DNA of 64,000 nt from an uncultured delta proteobacterium (GTDB lineage Bacteria; Desulfobacterota; Syntrophia; Syntrophales; UBA2185), in NCBI GenBank assembly GCA_963695875.1, contig CAVOID010000008.1, forward strand, positions 1 through 64,000, given 5' to 3'. Both the position numbers and the translations under genes were made by a program. The notes beneath the pieces are model-generated. The model had not been told where the DNA came from. It was given only the letters and a program-made list of their open reading frames with translations, and made no database searches. How positions within the stretch are numbered: position 1 is the stretch's first letter; each line of letters starts with the position of its first letter. Positions 30,141 through 40,181 of this stretch are shown here, piece after piece.

Positions 30141-32354
30141 ATGACTTGTGTACATAAAATTATTCTTTCAGTCTTTCTGATATTATTTCTTTGTCCATGC
30201 CGGGTTATTGCCCAAAATGAAATCCTCAATATACGGCACTGGTCCGCTCCTGATCATACGAGAGTCGTAATCGATGTGAGTGATGATATTCCTTACACGA
30301 TCGAAAAAGGAGATAAGAAATTATTTATCGATTTTAAAGAGACCGATGTACTCGAAGACTTTCCCGACGAACTAATCTTAAAGAAGCCGGGGATTGACAA
30401 GATAATGGTGATTCCCCTTCCGGAAGGTTCTGTCAGAGTTGAATTGTCGATTGCTGAAAACGTCAAGACAAAGGTGTTTAACATAAGAAAAATTCAGGAC
30501 AAGCCTGACCGCGTTGTGATTGATTTAGAATTCCCTGATGTGGAGAAACAGGAGAGCAGAGAAAGGGAAGAGATTAAGGTGTTAAGGAAGAACAAGATAA
30601 TCGTTATCGATCCCGGTCATGGAGGGGAAGATCCGGGGGCAGTGGGGAAACTGAGAACACAAGAGAAGAGAGTCGTTCTGGAGATTAGCAGGAAATTAAG
30701 AGATATTTTAAACAAGAAAGAAGGCTACCGTGCCTTTCTTACGAGAAACGGGGATTATTACGTGCCATTCAAAAAAAGACTGAAAATTGCTCGAGAATAT
30801 GGAGCTGATCTATTTTTGAGCATCCATGCCGACTCTTTTAAAAGTAGAGATGCCAGAGGAAGTTCAGTTTACTGCCTTTCACTTAGAGGGGCAAGCAGTG
30901 AAGCGGCGAAGTTTTTAGCGAGGAATGAAAATCTGGCCGACATTATCGGAGGTTCACCCAACGGTGAAAATAGTGATGCGACGGATCCTATCATCCTGAA
31001 TATGTTCCAGACAAATACAATCAACTCATCAAAGGTCTTTGGCAGCATGGTTCTCAGATGCCTAGATGGAGTAACACACGTAAAATATGACAAAGTGCAT
31101 GAAGCACCTTTCATGGTGTTGAAACTTCCTGAGGTTCCATCGTTGCTCATAGAAACAGCCTATATTTCAAATCCCAAAGAAGAAAAGCTTTTGCAGAGCA
31201 GCCGATTTCAAAAGGAAATTGCGAAGGCGATAGCGGCTGCTGTAACAGAATTTCTTCCTGTTCAGCCTGTAACGCCGTCAAAGACCCCGAAGATTGTATT
31301 AACAAAGAATGAAGAAAAACAGGCAACCCTTGGCACATCGGATAATACAGACAAAGCGAAGATGCAAAGCACTGTATATACAGTCAGAAGAGGTGACACC
31401 CTTGAATGGATTGCAAAGAAGCACAACACGAAGATCAGCACGTTGTTAAAATTGAACCGTATGCAAATCGATGATACTTTGTACTTCGGGCGGGTGTTGA
31501 AGGTGCCGGAGAATGATATTTCAAAGGTTAAGAAACATGAAGAAATTAAGGCTTCAACGGCTGGTATAGAATCTTCGCCTACCTCGCCTGTCCTCGTCGT
31601 GACCGGGTACAAGGAAGGGAAGGACGAGGAAGTTAATTCTGCGACTGCTAGTGTTGAATCTACGTCTTCCTCACGTGCGCCTTTGTATAAGGAAAGGAAG
31701 GAAGAGGAAGTTAAAGTCTTAAATTCTCGTGAGGGCCATCCGTCTACCAAGCCTGAACCGGCAGTGACTGTCTATAAGGCCAAGAGAGGTGATAGCCTGG
31801 ACAAGATAGCAAAAAGGCACAATACAACGATCAGTGTGCTGCTTAAACTGAACAACATGAAGATGAAAGAACCTCTGTATGTTGGGCGAAAGTTGAAGAT
31901 CCCGGTGCCGGAGAAGGCAGTTTCAGAGGAAAAGAAAGATGAGGAATTTACAGCCTCTACCAGTGGTGCGGAATCAGTGTCTCCCAAACCCGAAGCGGTA
32001 ACGAGCGTGTATAAGGTCAAAAGAGGTGATAGCCTGGATAAGATAGCGAGCAGGCACAATACTACTATCGGCGTGCTGCTTAAAATGAACAACATGAAGA
32101 TGAAAGAACCTTTATACGTTGGGCGAAAGTTGAAAATACCGGATTCGAAAGGTGACGAGATGGAAGTGAAAAAATCTGTCATCGTAAAAGCCAAAACATA
32201 CACTTACAGTGTCAAAAAGGGTGATACTCTAGATAAAATTGCCAGAAAGTGTAATACTAGCATCAGTGAATTGCGTAAGCTGAATCAGATTAAACGAGCT
32301 GACACGCTCTATGTTAAACAGAAACTGAAACTTCCCTCAAATCCGACGTTATAA
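30141..32354 (+). CDS. N-acetylmuramoyl-L-alanine amidase with AMIN and four LysM domains
   Basis: AMIN (HTRVVID), Amidase_3 (IDPGHGGEDPGA, SIHAD, LIETAYISN), four Y.V..GD.L..IA LysM repeats. Confidence 0.92.
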   Translation: MTCVHKIILSVFLILFLCPCRVIAQNEILNIRHWSAPDHTRVVIDVSDDIPYTIEKGDKKLFIDFKETDVLEDFPDELILKKPGIDKIMVIPLPEGSVRVELSIAENVKTKVFNIRKIQDKPDRVVIDLEFPDVEKQESREREEIKVLRKNKIIVIDPGHGGEDPGAVGKLRTQEKRVVLEISRKLRDILNKKEGYRAFLTRNGDYYVPFKKRLKIAREYGADLFLSIHADSFKSRDARGSSVYCLSLRGASSEAAKFLARNENLADIIGGSPNGENSDATDPIILNMFQTNTINSSKVFGSMVLRCLDGVTHVKYDKVHEAPFMVLKLPEVPSLLIETAYISNPKEEKLLQSSRFQKEIAKAIAAAVTEFLPVQPVTPSKTPKIVLTKNEEKQATLGTSDNTDKAKMQSTVYTVRRGDTLEWIAKKHNTKISTLLKLNRMQIDDTLYFGRVLKVPENDISKVKKHEEIKASTAGIESSPTSPVLVVTGYKEGKDEEVNSATASVESTSSSRAPLYKERKEEEVKVLNSREGHPSTKPEPAVTVYKAKRGDSLDKIAKRHNTTISVLLKLNNMKMKEPLYVGRKLKIPVPEKAVSEEKKDEEFTASTSGAESVSPKPEAVTSVYKVKRGDSLDKIASRHNTTIGVLLKMNNMKMKEPLYVGRKLKIPDSKGDEMEVKKSVIVKAKTYTYSVKKGDTLDKIARKCNTSISELRKLNQIKRADTLYVKQKLKLPSNPTL

Positions 32355-32680
32355 ACCGGGGAGGGAATCTGAATAAGGACTGACTTTTCCTTCCCTCCTC
32401 TGTCATGGTCGGATTTTTTGTTTTTCCATGATAATATGTAGCGCACTCTTTATCTCTGCAATATTCATTTCCTTTTATAGCAATCTATATTGTTTCTAAT
32501 CAGGTATCGATCTGTCAAGGATTCATCCTGAAAACTACACATTAGCTTGCTTTTTGTGTCTTGTATTCAGAGTCGTTTTTATAGTGGTGACAACAAGGAG
32601 AGTGAGTCAACAGGCTTTTAAAAATTGCGACTGATTCTGACACCTGAGGTCTAATGGTTGCCGGGCGTAAAAAACTGATT

Positions 32681-32715
32681 AAAAAAATTACCCCGCCCAA
32701 AGGGGCGGGGTAATT
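32681..32715 (-). terminator. Intrinsic terminator of the nuoE/nuoF-like operon
   Basis: 13-bp stem AATTACCCCGCCC / GGGCGGGGTAATT, followed by a U tract on the minus strand. Confidence 0.85.
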
Positions 32716-32750
32716 ATGAATGATAATTAATGAATCCTGATTGATGACGA

Positions 32751-35700
32751 TCAGGAAATTTCCGCATCGCATCGCAGGCAACGGCTTGCCTCAAGGACAG
32801 CTATCATCTTCTTGTAACCAAGTTCAACTTCCTTGAAGTTACGTTTCCTATCCGGTGCATGCATCTCAGGCATTTTCGCCTGTGGTGCCTCGTCGGTCTC
32901 CTCATCAAGGACAAACGGCACTTCGATGTATTCATCTGGTGGTTCTACGTATGCTGGTTCACCATTGATTTTCCTGATGTAGCCATCAATATCACGTGCG
33001 GCTTGGTGACCGGCGGCAATAGCACCGATAACCGTGTCCGGTCCTGTCAAGGCATCACCACCAGTAAAGAATTTCGGATTTGTCGTTTGAGATTTGCTTC
33101 CGGATACCAGATCAAAGGTTGACCGTTTATTAACAGTCACGCCGCTATCCTTCGGAACAAATGTCATATCCGGTACCTGACCGATGGAAGCAATAACAGC
33201 ATCCACACTGAGAGTGAATTCAGATCCAGAAATTGCTACCGGTCTCCTTCTCCCGCTCTTGTCAAAATCACCCAGCTTCATCCGCTCACAGGTAATCCCG
33301 CTGACCTTCCCGTCTTTCTCATTGATCTTGAGGGGGGCGATCAGGAGTTCGATCTTGATTCCTTCCTCTTCAGCTGCAAGGATTTCTTCTTCCGCAGCGG
33401 GCATATCCCTTTTCTCACGGCGATACAGAATGGTTACATTCGCCCCAAGTCTCAGTGCTACACGGGCGGCATCAATGGCTGAATTACCGCCACCGATAAC
33501 GGCCACTCTTGAACCGAGTGTTTTCTTGCCACTTACCCAGGCTTCTTCATTGGTATTAAAATCTCTGAGGAATTCAACACCACCGAAAACGCCCTTCAGG
33601 TTTTCCCCCGGAACGCCCATCGGCTGGCTCTTATGAGCACCGGTAGCAAGGAAGATGTAGTTAAAATCCTTGTTCACCTGTTCAAAGGAAATATCCTTGC
33701 CCACTCTGGTGTTACACTTGATTTCGACGCCCAGTGATCGTACATTGTCGTTAATTTCGTTGGCAAGAGTATTCCTGGGGAGTCTATAAGCTGGAATGGC
33801 CCAGCGCAGCATTCCTCCTGGCTCAGACAGTTCTTCAAAGACGGTTACCTTATAACCCCTAAGTGCAAGGTCACGTGCTGCTGTTAGACCGGCAGGTCCT
33901 GCACCTATAACGGCTATCTTCTCTTTTCTTGTTACAGGCATAACCGCTGTTTCCGGCCTTGGTGCATTGTCAGTAATGAACCTCTTCAGGAATTTGATGG
34001 CAAGCGGTTCATCGAGGTTTCCTCTGCGGCACTTAGATTGGCACTTATGGTCACAAACTCTTCCGCATACTGATGGGAAGGGGTTTGTTTTTAGCATGAC
34101 CTTATATGCATCAGTTAAACGTTCTGCTCTGATAAGAGCAAGATAAGCCGGCACATCCATTCCTGCCGGACATGTATGCTGACAGGGCGACTTGAAAAGG
34201 GCCGAGCATACCACGGCTCTACATTTCTTATCTCTTATGTGTTCCTCATACTCATCTTTGAAGTAGCGGATGGTGCTGAGGACCGGGTTCGGAGCAGTCT
34301 GCCCGAGACCGCAGAGAGATGCCGTTTTGATTATGGCGGCCATCTCCTGGAGGAGATCAATATCTCCTTCCTTGCCCTTGCCCTGGGTGATGTTGGTCAA
34401 CAGCTCCAGCATCCTCTTTGTACCTTCCCGGCAGGGGGTACACTTTCCACAGGATTCATCCTGGACGAAATCCATGAAGAATCGGGCCATATCGACGGCG
34501 CATTTATCTTCATTCAACACAATCATACCGCCGGAACCCATGATGGCTCCCAGCTCTGTGACTCTTTCAAAGTCAACCGGGGCATTGAGGTGCTCTGTAG
34601 GGATACATCCGCCGGAAGGCCCACCCAACTGAGCGGCCTTAAACTTCTTCCCGCCAGGGCAACCGCCACCGATGTCATAGACTATCTGGCCAAGGGTCGT
34701 TCCCATGGGGACTTCCACAAGACCTACATTGTTCACGTCGCCTGTCAGGGCGAATACTTTGGTACCTTTGCTCTTCTCTGTTCCTATAGCATTGTACCAG
34801 GATGCACCGTTTAGAATAATCTGACCGATATTGGCAAACGTCTCGACGTTATTCAAGACAGATGGTTTGGCCCAGAGTCCCGCAATGGCAGGGAAGGGCG
34901 GTCTCGGCCGCGGCATACCGCGCTTGCCCTCGATGGATGTCATCAAGGCCGTCTCTTCACCGCATACAAACGCTCCGGCACCTTGGTATATCTCAATATC
35001 AACACTAAATCCGGTACCCAGGATGTTATCTCCTAAGAGACCATATTCCTTTGCCTGATCAATTGCAATCTGCAGGCGATGAAGGGCCAGAGGATACTCA
35101 GCACGGCAGTATATGTAGCCCTTATGAGCCCCAATAGCCTTAGCAGCGATGACCATGCCTTCCAGGACGGCATGGGGGTCAGCTTCGAGAACGCTTCTGT
35201 CCATAAATGCACCTGGGTCACCTTCGTCGGCATTGCACAGGATGAACTTTACATCACCTGGCTGCGAAGCGCAGAACTTCCATTTGAGACCCGTAGGGAA
35301 GCCAGCACCGCCTCTTCCGCGCAACCCTGAATCGAGGACCTCTTTTACAATCGTCTCCGGCGTCATATCCGTAAGAGCCTTTGCCATTCCCGCATAACCG
35401 TCTCTGGCAATAGACTCTTCAATGTTTTCCGGATCGATCCTGCCTCTGTTTTTCAATACTATCAGCTTCTGGAGGGCGAAAAAGGGAATGTCATTCATGG
35501 CCGGGATGAGTTCCTGGGTCATTGGTTCTTTGTAAAGAAGCCGCTCCAGAACCCTTCCCTTTACGAGATGTTCTTCAACCAGTTCCTGCATATCCTCTGC
35601 TCTCATCGACATATAGATGACGCCCTCCGGATAGGCTACCATTATGGGACCTAGGGCACAGAATCCGTTACAACCGGTTTCTACAATTTTAACCTGATCT

Positions 35701-35813
35701 GAGAATCCCCGTTTATCGAGCTCTGCCTGTAACGCCTGCTTTACTTTAGCGGTTCCGGAAGCGTGACATCCGGTTCCTCCACAGATCAAAAAATGCGAAC
35801 GAAACACTTTCAT
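32751..35813 (-). CDS. HydB/NuoF-like flavoprotein fused to a GltD/NfnB-like FAD/NAD(P)H oxidoreductase
   Basis: N-terminal thioredoxin-like 2Fe-2S (CGGTGC..GC.G.C), GRGGAGFPTG.KW, NADEGDPG, ESCGKCTPCREG. Then PCQHTCP..CGRVC...C...C, GAGPAGL, GGGNSAIDAAR, YRR, C-terminal RCLRC. Confidence 0.9.
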   Translation of the reverse strand: MKVFRSHFLICGGTGCHASGTAKVKQALQAELDKRGFSDQVKIVETGCNGFCALGPIMVAYPEGVIYMSMRAEDMQELVEEHLVKGRVLERLLYKEPMTQELIPAMNDIPFFALQKLIVLKNRGRIDPENIEESIARDGYAGMAKALTDMTPETIVKEVLDSGLRGRGGAGFPTGLKWKFCASQPGDVKFILCNADEGDPGAFMDRSVLEADPHAVLEGMVIAAKAIGAHKGYIYCRAEYPLALHRLQIAIDQAKEYGLLGDNILGTGFSVDIEIYQGAGAFVCGEETALMTSIEGKRGMPRPRPPFPAIAGLWAKPSVLNNVETFANIGQIILNGASWYNAIGTEKSKGTKVFALTGDVNNVGLVEVPMGTTLGQIVYDIGGGCPGGKKFKAAQLGGPSGGCIPTEHLNAPVDFERVTELGAIMGSGGMIVLNEDKCAVDMARFFMDFVQDESCGKCTPCREGTKRMLELLTNITQGKGKEGDIDLLQEMAAIIKTASLCGLGQTAPNPVLSTIRYFKDEYEEHIRDKKCRAVVCSALFKSPCQHTCPAGMDVPAYLALIRAERLTDAYKVMLKTNPFPSVCGRVCDHKCQSKCRRGNLDEPLAIKFLKRFITDNAPRPETAVMPVTRKEKIAVIGAGPAGLTAARDLALRGYKVTVFEELSEPGGMLRWAIPAYRLPRNTLANEINDNVRSLGVEIKCNTRVGKDISFEQVNKDFNYIFLATGAHKSQPMGVPGENLKGVFGGVEFLRDFNTNEEAWVSGKKTLGSRVAVIGGGNSAIDAARVALRLGANVTILYRREKRDMPAAEEEILAAEEEGIKIELLIAPLKINEKDGKVSGITCERMKLGDFDKSGRRRPVAISGSEFTLSVDAVIASIGQVPDMTFVPKDSGVTVNKRSTFDLVSGSKSQTTNPKFFTGGDALTGPDTVIGAIAAGHQAARDIDGYIRKINGEPAYVEPPDEYIEVPFVLDEETDEAPQAKMPEMHAPDRKRNFKEVELGYKKMIAVLEASRCLRCDAEIS

Positions 35814-35892
35814 GTGGATATTATCCTCCTTCACGTAATTATATCATGATTCAGTAAGGGAGCATGCGCCCTTACCGATTATACTCATAGCC

Positions 35893-36261
35893 TCAGCCGC
35901 GGGCAATGGCGAACATGCTCTGAACTTCACCCTGCTGGACATGCCGCTTGAACACCTGGCGCATCTTGTTTGCATCCATTTGTCCGTAAACGATCGGTTC
36001 CTTACCAAGCATCTCTACCGTGACCATGGGTTCTTTGCTGCACATCCCTGCACAGCCGGATGTTGTCACCATGACATCCGCTACACCTGCTTCCGCAATC
36101 TCACTCATCAATGAATCCATCACTGATCTCGCACCGGCAGCGACACCACACGTGCCCATATGCACGGTAATTTTCGCTCTCTGGCCGCCTTCTCTCAATG
36201 CGGTTTCTGAATGAACCTTATCCTTGATTTTCTTCAAATCTGCTATCGATAATTTTGCCAT
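35893..36261 (-). CDS. Thioredoxin-like [2Fe-2S] ferredoxin (HydD/HndB-like)
   Basis: VHMGTCGVAAGA, SGCAGMCSKEP motifs. Confidence 0.88.
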   Translation of the reverse strand: MAKLSIADLKKIKDKVHSETALREGGQRAKITVHMGTCGVAAGARSVMDSLMSEIAEAGVADVMVTTSGCAGMCSKEPMVTVEMLGKEPIVYGQMDANKMRQVFKRHVQQGEVQSMFAIARG

Positions 36262-36278
36262 AGCTTATCCCCTCATCC

Positions 36279-36791
36279 TTATAAATTGTACTGACTTATT
36301 ACTTCTTTTACCTTCGCTGGTTTCAACCTTCCGTGGACGTTCTCGCCGACGAAGATCACCGGTCCCAACCCACAGGCGCCTACGCAACGAACCGTTTCCA
36401 GGGTGAAGAGCCTGTCCAGCGGTCGTTTCTCCTTCTTCCACTTTAAGCTCTTTCTTGAACGTTTTCATAGATGATCTTGCCGCCACGGACGTAGCAGGCA
36501 GTACCCAGACACACGCGCATGGTATGCTTGCCGCGCGGGGTCATCGTAAAGAATGAATAAAATGTTACGACTCCATACACCCGACTCAGAGGCAGATTAA
36601 GCCCGCTTAGCGATGATTTTCAGGATGGGCATCGGCAGAAATTCAAGTAACATCTGCGCCTGTTCCAAAACAGGAATCAACGACCCCGCTTTGTCTTTAT
36701 TCTTGGCAATGATTTCGTCCAACTTTTTCAGTTGTTCCGGTGTAAATTCCTTTGATATATCAATATCAACATTTCCCGCTTTTGCTTTCAT
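36279..36791 (-). CDS. NuoE/HydC/HndA-like [2Fe-2S] subunit; three +1 frameshifts
   Basis: LIPVLEQAQ; after frame correction [40 protein letters not shown]. Confidence 0.85.
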
Positions 36792-36820
36792 GCACTAATT
36801 CCTCCTTGCTAAAACATAAT

Positions 36821-37369
36821 TCATGCTTCCATCCCTATTTCCTTCAGGCCATCCTGAACATGTTCCCTGATGAAATTCAAGACTTCCACATTATTAATTG
36901 GCACGTCATCAATTTCTCTCTTGATGTCTTTCGTATCTAAAACATATTCCCGATCATCGTGTCGATGGCGGTATATGAAATCAACATCTGTATTACCTGC
37001 TATCAGTGTGACCAGGGTGCTCGCGATATCGCCAAGGGGTTGTCGGTCAATGTGACTTAGCTTAAATTCAGTTGCAACCCTCGTTCCTTCACCTCCCTTC
37101 GATTCTATAATAAATTTACCGTTCGTTCTTTCTGTGGCCTGAGCAAGCATCGGAAGTCCTAAACCGATGTTGCGAACCTTTTTTGTTGTGAAAAATGGAT
37201 CCATGGCTTTCTTGAGAACATCCTCACTCATGCCGGATCCATCATCTTGTATTTCTAAGGTCAGGATGTCCCTTGTCGTATTTTCAATAATGGTTATATA
37301 AACCGTTTTGGCACCGGCCCGGGTGGAATTTTCCACAATATCCAGGATATGGAGGGAAAGCTCAAGCAA
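36821..37369 (-). CDS. Stand-alone HATPase_c ATP-binding protein (hydrogenase-cluster type)
   Basis: ELSLHILDIVENS..AGA, DDGSGM, DPFFTTK..R.IGLGLP, HIDRQPLGD motifs. Confidence 0.85.
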   Translation of the reverse strand: MLELSLHILDIVENSTRAGAKTVYITIIENTTRDILTLEIQDDGSGMSEDVLKKAMDPFFTTKKVRNIGLGLPMLAQATERTNGKFIIESKGGEGTRVATEFKLSHIDRQPLGDIASTLVTLIAGNTDVDFIYRHRHDDREYVLDTKDIKREIDDVPINNVEVLNFIREHVQDGLKEIGMEA

Positions 37370-37372
37370 TCA

Positions 37373-38111
37373 TTACTCCTGAATATATCTTCCATCTCGA
37401 TGCTCAAAGGCCATTCTCAACTCAGATATCGTTCCTCTCTCAAGAAACATTGTTGTCGTTCCTTGTCCGATGTCCTTGATAAAATGCGCATCCGATGATT
37501 CGATGAAGGGGAAACGTGCAAGTTCCGGATATTTTATCCGCGCACCCTGTATTCCTGTTTGACGCGTTACCTCGAGGGCATCGAGAGGAGTGTCCGGGTC
37601 GATAAAACCTAACTGGCTGATGACACTGAAGCTTTCACGATCAATGTGAGAGGCGATCGCAAGGCCACCGAAACTGTGTATATAGATGAATAATTTCAAG
37701 TAACGGTAGCTTGGTTGCTCCGAGGAGGAATTTATCGTTAAAACCTTCCACTTCGTCGAGATCGTTCACTATGGCCTGGCAGCCGAATACTTCCTCTCTA
37801 TTTGTACCGGAAAGATGATTATAGATAATATCCTGGATCTTCTTCAGGTCGTCCAATGTATCAAAAAGAGCCAGCAGATGAACTTCTTCACTGCTTGTTA
37901 TTTCCATGCCCGGAAGAACCGTAAGGGGTTTTCCCTCAGCTAACCTCAAGACAAATTGCATATTCTCCGAGGCATTATGATCGCAGATCGCAATGATATC
38001 CAGTTTTTCGGCGATGGATTTCTCAACCACGGCCCTCGGATACATGTCCAAATCTGCACAGGGTGAAAGACATGTATGTACATGGAGATCGCAGCGAAAA
38101 GCCCTGAGCAT
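37373..38111 (-). CDS. PHP domain phosphoesterase; frameshift near 37685
   Basis: DLHVHTCLSPCA, ICDHN, GMEI..EEVH, SHIDR, SSDAH motifs across two ORFs. Confidence 0.87.
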
Positions 38112-38180
38112 AAGGATTTAGTATCCACATAGAAGAAAAGACCGTCATCAATGGTCTGTTTCTCTCTGTTTGTCTCCGTA

Positions 38181-38523
38181 TTAAGCGGTCTTTTTAATTA
38201 AGTCGTATATCCTGCCCGTGACCTCAAACCCGGACAGACTCTGATACCATTATAGGGATACCTTCTTTTATTGCTTTCTCAAGGGTATCCTTAGCCGGTT
38301 CGCTGTCCTGAACGAGAATGATTCCGGCATGTTCTTTAAGACTGGCAACGGCAACAATATTCTGATGAACCTGACGGGTGATCCAGATGTCACCTTCTTT
38401 GCTGTTTGCCATGACATCACTCAATAAATCTCCCGTGTATCCTCCCCGTATTTCTCTTTTCAGCTTGTCTTCGCCGGATCTTACTTTCAAATTCAAGGCT
38501 TTGACGATAGATTCAAAATCCAC
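38181..38523 (-). CDS. DRTGG domain protein; frameshift near 38240
   Basis: GGYTGDLLSDVMA..GDIWIT.Q.H.NIVAVASL motif. Confidence 0.82.
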
Positions 38524-38545
38524 GTCATCAAGCTCCTTTTCTCAG

Positions 38546-38994
38546 TTATTGTAAAGAGGTACTATTTGTTTTAATAATCATTTTCAAATGAGTTCCCTTG
38601 CCGACTTCGGATGAGATATGAAATATATCAGAAAAACTTTTTATATTGCACAGTCCCATTCCGGCACCGAATCCCATTTCTCTGATTTTCTGATTTGCTG
38701 TTGACCATCCCGGTTGCATGGCCAGTTCAATATCGGGAATTCCCTGGCCTTCATCGATAGCTTCTATCATAATACAATCAGGAACAACACGGAGACGAAT
38801 CATTCCCTTTCTCGCATATGAAACAATATTTATTTCGGATTCATACGCAACAAGGGCAGCTTTCCTGACCAGATCGCTGGGAAGGCCCATTTTCTTCAAA
38901 ATCGCTTTAATATTGCTCGATACCTCCCCGGCATTAGTCGAAATTACCGCCAACAACTGTAGAAACTTCCTTCATATAAGGGTTTTTCATCCAC
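38546..38994 (-). CDS. Anti-sigma-factor-like Ser/Thr protein kinase (RsbT/RsbW-type HATPase); frameshift near the 5' end
   Basis: GGNF.NAGEVSS.IK, YESEINIV, DEGQGIPDIELAMQPGWST, GFGAGMGL motifs. Confidence 0.85.
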
Positions 38995-39003
38995 GGTTAC
39001 TAT

Positions 39004-39366
39004 CTATTTACTCCCCACTTTTTCTATACAACCCTTAATACCTTTTGTGTATAACCGTCCGGCAATCTCAAAGAGTATGTATTTCGTTGTAAGAATGGGG
39101 ATATTCAGTTCCTCCGCTAATTGAAAGGTTTCCTGGGAAGGCCTTTTTCCTCTACCCATGATAATAGCTGCGATATCAAGTACGTCTGCTGTTCTCACAA
39201 CCTGCGGATTGGTTAATCCCGTAATTAAAAGACTTCCTGCTGTCGCAAAGGCAAGGACGTCGCTCATCAGGTCGGCAACGAAAGCCTTGTTTACTTCCAT
39301 ATCTAACTGATCTTCACCGATGAGAACTTCCGCATCAAGAAGCTCTTTTATCTCACGGAGGGTCAA
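39004..39366 (-). CDS. DRTGG domain protein
   Basis: ADLMSDVLAF..LLITGL.N.QVVRTA motif. TTG start after AGGAG. Confidence 0.82.
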   Translation of the reverse strand: MTLREIKELLDAEVLIGEDQLDMEVNKAFVADLMSDVLAFATAGSLLITGLTNPQVVRTADVLDIAAIIMGRGKRPSQETFQLAEELNIPILTTKYILFEIAGRLYTKGIKGCIEKVGSK

Positions 39367-40181
39367 TGTATATCTCCTAAAAGTTGATGAGATTTTCGAC
39401 ACAAGTCATCTCTCGCAAATAATACCAAATGTGTTTTTGTTGAGTCATGAAAAACATATATAAAGTACGGGAGAGCGCTTACCATACGTAACGGGCTATG
39501 TCAACATAATTTTTGACAACTTTATAAAAAGGCCAAAGCTTAGACTGCTGCATTAATCCATAACTGCCGCATGTATAATGCTTGCTTCCATACCTCTGAT
39601 TATAGATGTCTTGCATTAGATATTTTTTGTATTAAGGATTGGTAATCCATCTGTCAGCAAACAGCCAAACTTCAGTCTAATTTGCACTTCATTCTTAGTA
39701 ATTACAAAGCGCTTCTGAATAGAGAGTCATTACTTTGATTAGTGCCCTATGTTGTTGATTCCAACTCAATTCTGACCGTGCACATACCGCAATATCCGCA
39801 TTGCAGGCAGGATAAGGGGTTCGGTGTAAGCATATCTTGCCTTGCGGCAGGCACCACCCTATGGGCGGGAGCTTCATTTTTGATGAGATGATTATTGTCA
39901 ATATCTTTTACAACTATTTATGAAATCTTTGTTTCTATTTCCCTGTCATTTGCCGTTATATAGACTTTATATGATTATCGGTGAAAATATGTCGTAGATA
40001 TTGTTATAAACAGGGTTTATCAAATATTTCTTCAATTCCGTATCCTTTTATGATAAAAAAATCTCCTTCTGCAAACTACTTTGAGGATGTATTATGCTGT
40101 ATTTGTTTAAGAACTCTTATCGCAACTTTTCATATCAGAACGATATTATTTCACATTTGATTGGAGTAACAAAATTCAGGC

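Noticed and set aside
32356..32425. Another anti-SD-loop hairpin after the amidase gene
   Set aside because: The TTCCCTCCT tract can pair with upstream GGGGAGGGAA as an ordinary stem, and the GGTGGATGG stem is absent.
36279..36791. Programmed frameshifting or selenocysteine recoding in nuoE and other split genes
   Set aside because: Breaks are frame changes at unrelated sequence contexts, not in-frame TGA or conserved slippery sites, and fit the window-wide error pattern.
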